From Massalongia carnosa (taxonomy: Eukaryota), in NCBI GenBank assembly GCA_965645245.1, contig OZ287072.1:2480001-2544000 (forward strand): a DNA stretch of 64,000 bases, given 5' to 3'. Below are positions 58,177 to 64,000 of the stretch, piece after piece; the first letter of the stretch is position 1, and the number at the start of each line of letters is the position of its first letter. The translations under genes were made by a program, and so were the position numbers. The notes below the pieces were generated by a model. That model was given only the letters and a program-made list of their open reading frames with translations. It did not search any database and had not been told where the DNA came from.

Positions 58177-61100
58177 CACGCGCGTGACAGAAATAGGCGG
58201 CCACCAAAATTTCCCCGCACCACCCACACCTTAGTTTTTTAATTTTTACATCGTACATGTACGTACACACTTTTATCAATTCTTTATAAGCAATGGAGCC
58301 TGTTCTAGAGTCACGAATCACTATAAATACTGAGCATACCACTCCTACCAAGGCGAAAGGGATTTTGCGTTCAAAGCGAGAGGTTTTCGACTTTTTCGGC
58401 GTGGGACATACTCGAGGTTATGAAATACTCAACGATCAAGAAACTAATCGACGGCATGATCATACAAACAAATCGGAGACTCGTGGTCAGCCTCGCAAAC
58501 TGTCAAAGAAGCAGATAGATCGTATGGATGAAATATTGCAAACCTGGGGCTTGGAGGGAACGAGATGCTTAGGGACAGTCCCCCCCGACCGTCCCCCCTG
58601 TGTAAATCTTTACTAGTAAACAGCCATTTTACTACTCATCCAGGGTGCGTACAAGCTAGCAGTTACACTACGTATTAATAATGTTGCTGTTACTGACTAA
58701 GTGTATTCAACACCTACAAATCTACCTATTAAAACTCGTCAGCCAATTGCGATACATAATCTTTTCTAGGCTTCATGGTTTTAGCCACCTTTCTCATCGC
58801 CGTTCCCTTTCCTCGCTTGAGCCCTAGCCTGTTTGACTGATTTCTCGACTCTTTGCTGAGATTCCAACTCCAACTGAGCCTTTGATTTCTTCGCCACACC
58901 CCGAGACCTTCGCGTTGTTGCAGAGGAAGTAGGGAGATTTGACTGGCGCGCACGTTTTGGCTAAGGCTATAACTTAAAGAGATGGAGGCGGCGCTGCCTG
59001 AGGTAGGGCTTTTTGACTATGCTTGGCAAGCACATCGTCAATATCTTCGAGCGAATCCGACGAGGCTTCTGATGTAAGAATAACATCATTATCGTCATCC
59101 GAAGGAAGCATAGGATCCATAGAATGACCGAGAATGGGCTGAGTGCTTATATACTGCACCTCGTCATCGTCGTCGGAGACGATAGACGCGTTTTCGATTC
59201 TCTCAATAACTAAGTTTTCTCCTAAACCTATTGTACCCAATATTAGCCGACCTGAGCGCAATAACTTTGCAACATCGTGAATTTTACCTTCTGTTTCACC
59301 TTCAACCTCATCGTCGCCCCCAGCACGCAATCTATTATATCTAAGCCTCCTCCCTTGTTCAATAGAGTCCCTTCGCCTAGTACGTCGCTGTTCAGTTTCT
59401 CTAGCCTCAGCTGCCTCGCGACCAGTGTAGGCACGTCGACGACTCCCTCCTTTCTTATACATGAGGTTTTCTTTGGGCCGAATTTCGTCGGGGAATGTGG
59501 TGGGGATGAGAGGTCTTACCAGCTCCTTCTTTTGCCATTTCTAATTGAACTTTTCAACGATGTGAGCTCGCGAGCGTACTCCTCCCTTCGATGAGAATCT
59601 TCTATTGATTGATGCAGGTCAATAGATTGATATGCCACAGAATGTAGCAAATCAAGGCCCCCGCGGCGAAATATATCCACACTCAACACGCCTTCTTCGA
59701 GCTCGACCTCATCCTTATCCGCCTCAATCTCTCCCGTCCCTTCGACCTCATCGACGATCTTTTCGACCTCGGGCTCCGAGCCGCGAGCGAAATCGAAGGT
59801 CATTTGCCAAGAGACCGCATAAGGTGGGCCATCAAAAAAACCAGCGGGGGTGGATGAGGGAAACGGGAATAGGGACCGAGTCGATGATGCATTTATACAA
59901 CCAGCATTTGCATGGGAGACCGTACCTTAAAGGCAACTCATAATCATAAACACAGCTTCCACCATCAGGGACAATAGAAAGGATTCGTTCAGCTAATGAT
60001 TTGGCGGCATCGAGTTCTCTTGAAACGAGGCCAATGGCATGATGCGTAATTTTCCCAATGAGTAGCGTAAAAGCATTTCTATCGATCAATCTAGGATTGC
60101 GTATTCGCTGTTGATTGCACAAAATCTCCTGATCTAATTGTTTTTTCCGCACCTCATCACATATTTTCTGCACCGATTGTCTTATAGGAGTATTTCTATT
60201 GGTCACATTTTTAACCAATGAATGTAGACCTTCTGAACGCTGTGTGCTGTGTGCGCCTAAATTAGGGAGTTTAGTAGTATATGCATGCACGAACTGAATT
60301 TCTTGACGTTGATAGAAATTCATGAGATAATCCTGCGAAAGAGGTAGCGTTAGCAGTAGCCCTAACTCGCTTGAAATTTAATTTGATATATCACTACTAA
60401 CCTTTTCTACGGGATGAAGTTCATTCAGCAACTTTCTTCGTCTCTCATTCAACTCATCAATAGTGAGGGATTTTATATAATCCCAAATCAGAGTCTCCAG
60501 CTTTTTGCGCACTTCTTGGGGATATTTCCCTGCCTTGATCAGTCGTTTTTATATTGCCTCGGCCGCATGCCACGTGCACAGCTGCAAATCGCATCTCTCC
60601 TCGCCCGCTTCCACCGTTGATTGGTTTAGATTTCCGGCGACCTCTCTTGCAATGGCCAATGCAGCATCGAGATCAATTGCCGGAGCTTTAGCTTTTCTTT
60701 GCATGGCCACAGTCAACCCAGCTGCAAAATCCCCGAGAATCACCCCAGGCCCGGGGCAATCATCATGAAAAATCAACTCTTTCATACATTCGAAAATAAA
60801 AGAGAAACATTCGGCCGATTCGGAAGTTATATAGCAATAAGCGACGGGAAACGAAAGGTCGGTGTTAGTGATTCCAACAAAAACGGATAAAGGCAAGTTC
60901 AATTTATTTAGTATTGAACGTTGCATCCGTTTCTAATAAAAACCCACCCACGAAACGTCGAGCCAGCCTAATTTGGTCTGCATTGCAAAAAAAAAAATTG
61001 TTCTATCACCCGTCTCTCACGCACATTATTCTTAACAATATATTTTTCCTTACACCGTACATGAAAGCCCCTGTCTTTCAACGAGCCCAAGGCAAAAAGA

Positions 61101-62185
61101 AGCTCTTCTTCAGGCGTGTGAGCTCCCTCCGAATGAGCGAGATTATAATAATCGCTCCTCGACAGACGGAGTCCTTGGATTCCTAATATTCTCGCTGCTT
61201 GGCCATATTGGGTTGACGATGCACGGAGACTCTTCCCTTGATCTAGGGCATCTATTCGATCAGGGTCCCTACTATGATGTTCTCTGAATGCAAAGGGATC
61301 AGTAGCCATCTCAAGATTGTGCTCGGAGTAAGTGACTATTAGTCTCCATGCATTGTCTTTGTTTTTTTTTTGAGACGGAGGCGATAAGGGCACTCATTGA
61401 ACGAAACTTTGGTATTGGCTCGCACCCGGTCTTCCCCCTCTACTTTTCTAGTGTTTCTAGCTCTTTTGTGGTGGCGTGTGCAGTCTAATACGATTAAATG
61501 GTTTTTCTTATCGTGAGTTTCTGTGACCAACGCGAAGCCTTGGGTGAAGGCATAGTTTTGAAGAATAGTCTTTGCCTCCTCCCAAGACGAAAATAACTCA
61601 TTGTCCTGCGGAGGAACGAAACTATCGTAAATGTCTCGCATGCACAAAAACCTACGTCCCGAAAGATTTGATGATTGCACGAAAGGATTGGGCTTGGAAC
61701 AAACGAAACACATACTCGTTGAATGATTGGAAAAGAGTTCGCTTTTCCGATGAAGTTCATTTCGGACGAGGACCTCAACGAAGACTACGCATCATTCGAA
61801 AACCTGGCGAGCGTACGTGTCAGGATTGCATTCAGGAACAACATGAGCCTGAAGAGAAGGACAAAAAACAGAAACGATATCATTGTTGGGCTGCTGTGGG
61901 GTGAAACTTCAAATCAAAGCTGATTTTTTATGAGGTTCCCAGCAATTCGAATGGAAAGATGAGTCAGAAGGTGTATATTGACTTCATTCTGGAACCGGTA
62001 GTAAAAACATGGCTCGAAACAGACCCGAATTTCGTGTTGGAAGAAGATGGCGATTCAGGACATGGATCGGGGAAGGACGAGCATGGGCTAAAATACTACT
62101 TCAACTGCCCTCGTTCTCCTGGTCTTTCTCCTATCGAAAATTGGTGGCAGGTGCCCAAACAACGGGTAGGTCGTCAACCTCATTG
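58177..62185 (+). mobile_element. Third Tc1/IS630-like element, interrupted by a MULE and a Copia
   Basis: TIR CACGCGCGTGAC; ORF 58293-58560 resumes near 61619 (NYRKCLAC, FSDEVHF, EEDGDSGHG, SPIEN); 3' end not in the window. Confidence 0.85.
58561..61618 (-). mobile_element. MULE related to 48146-51400, 5'-truncated
   Basis: TIR CGAGATGCTTAGGGACAGTCCC at 58561; homologous ORF fragments (LGDFAAG, LQLCTWH, STQRSEG, YKKGGSRRRAYTG); other TIR missing. Confidence 0.85.
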
Positions 62186-64000
62186 TGTAGAAGTATGAGG
62201 TTATTCATTTTTGTTATATTAATGATTCTATAACTCTGTCCTTCTAAAGTCTAAAATCATCCAAGTCCAGGATGCGTGCCGCATACCGGAATAGGTCTAC
62301 TGTTACACGTGACCATAATAATGTCTAGCGCCATAGGTTGGAATCCAACACCCCCCCACAAGCTATGCGCTAGCTACGTAAGAATCGCCCACGCTAACGA
62401 ATCGATTTTTATCTCGTTATTTTTTGGAAGAATCAGCAGCTGTTGGTTGCATCGGTTCATTGGTAGGTTGTGGCTCCAGGTAGTGTGGCTGTGCTGATTT
62501 GGCTCTAGGTCATCTGCATCTGTTCGACAAAGGTGTGGAACTTTGCGTGCGTTAGAGCCTTCGTCAGGCCGTTGGCGATCATCTCCCCAGTTGGCACGTA
62601 GGTCAACTCGATTCTCTTTGCCTCCACCTCGTCTCGGATGTAATGGTGCTGGATATCGATGTGTTTGGTCCTGGCATGGAATACTGGGTTGTGTGCCAGA
62701 GCAAGAGATCCTTGGTTGTCACCTTTGAGTGAAACAGTGGGGTCTCCGTCGCTGGGCTTGAGGCTGTTGAGGTCTCTGTTGATCGCTTGTACGCACGAGT
62801 TCTTGTTGGAGACCTTGATCTCAGCATGCTGTTGGTCCGCTTCCAACACCCCAAGCTCTGTGAGGAGTAGACGAAGCCAGGTGGCTTCTTTGGCGGTCAG
62901 CGTGAGTGCGATGTATTCCGCTTCTGTGGAAGAGAGAGCAACTATTAATTGCCTTTTAGAGCACCAGCTTATCGGTCCCCCGTTCAGCATAAAGATGAAA
63001 CCGGATGTTGACTTCCGGCTGTCCTTGTCACCTGCTCAATCCGAGTCCGAATAGCCTTCGATTTTCAGTTCTTCATCCCCCCCATAGGTTACGCCTCGAT
63101 GTTTCGAGCCCTTGAGGTATTTGAGGATGGTTTTGACTGCTTCGGTGTGCTGATGGCTCGGGTTCTTGGCAAAGCGACTTACGAGGGACGTGGCGAAGGC
63201 AATATCTGGTCTGGTCTCTACCATGGAGAACATTATGGACCCCGTCATTCCTTGGTATCTCTCCTTCTCTGGTGGTGAGGCTTCTCCTTCCTCGCGTTGG
63301 GAGAGTGGCACAGATTCTTTCATCGGGGTGTTGACGGGGTTGGCTTTGTCAAGATGGAATCTCTCCAACACTTTTTCGATGTAGGCCGGTTGAGACAGTT
63401 TGATGGTTCGTTGCTTTCGATCCCGATCTATTCTCAATCCTAGGTAAAAGCTGATGGGACCCATATCTGACATAGAGAATGCAGCTGTGAGTTCTGCTTT
63501 GACTCGCTTGATTATCCCACTGTCCTTTAGCGCCAATCTTGATGTCATCTACGAAGACGCTGAGTATGGGGCCTTTCAGCCCTGCACCCGATACGAATAT
63601 ACTGTGGTCTGCGTGGATGCGTTTCAAGCCTAATTTCTTGAGGAGGAAGGCTAAAAAGCGTTCGTACCAGAGGCGGGGAGATTGTTTGAGGCCGTAGATA
63701 GCTTTCAACAGTTTGCAAAACATATTCTTTGTGGCTTCTGTCTCAGTTCCCTTTGGAATCTCCATATATATCAGTTGATCAATGAGGCCATAGAGAAAAG
63801 CCGTTTTTACGTCCATCTGGTCGATGTCCAGGTCGAAGAAGGCGGCAAGGGCGAACAGGGTTCTGAAGGCCATTGACTTCACCACGGATGCGTAGGTTTG
63901 ATCGAAATCAACACCAAACTGTTATAGGTACCTTTTGATAACCCATCTGGCTTTGAATCTAGATACCTTGCCTTCGACATCACGTTTGACCTTGTACACC
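62186..64000 (-). mobile_element. Ty1/Copia 3' part (RT-RH and 3' LTR 62186-62350), runs off the window
   Basis: QMDVKTAFL, FVDD, YSDSD, SSTEAEY, NGLTK; G-run PPT next to a TG..CA segment. The LTR is inferred without its partner. Confidence 0.85.

Overview
This is eukaryotic DNA, most likely from a filamentous ascomycete (GT-AG introns, Pezizomycotina-type Fig1, CorA-like and kinase-like genes, fungal TE families). About 80% of the window is a deeply nested transposon cluster that can be reconstructed from LTRs, TIRs and target-site duplications (TSDs). It opens with a GalEa-type Copia (2522-7661). A large Gypsy (5' LTR 9934-10291) follows, sitting in a solo LTR that sits in a Tc1-like element. 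The Gypsy carries an RT-deleted Copia whose two LTRs each hold the same Tc1-like element at the same base but in opposite orientations, a pogo/Fot1 element containing a Copia whose 5' LTR holds a tyrosine-recombinase (DIRS/Ngaro-class) retrotransposon, and an 891-bp TRIM. A ~4.5-kb inversion (41732-46279) between two inverted pogo copies split the Gypsy 3' LTR, the solo LTR and the Tc1-like element. Three MULEs, a third Tc1-like element and another Copia complete the TE set. Host-like genes are a MACPF-like ORF (1319-2290), a degraded nuclease-like gene, and a Fig1-like / CorA-like / pseudokinase trio (52.6-58.0 kb). All calls come from reading motifs and junctions by eye; no database searches were run. 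Some single-base frameshifts lie in homopolymers and could be sequencing errors.
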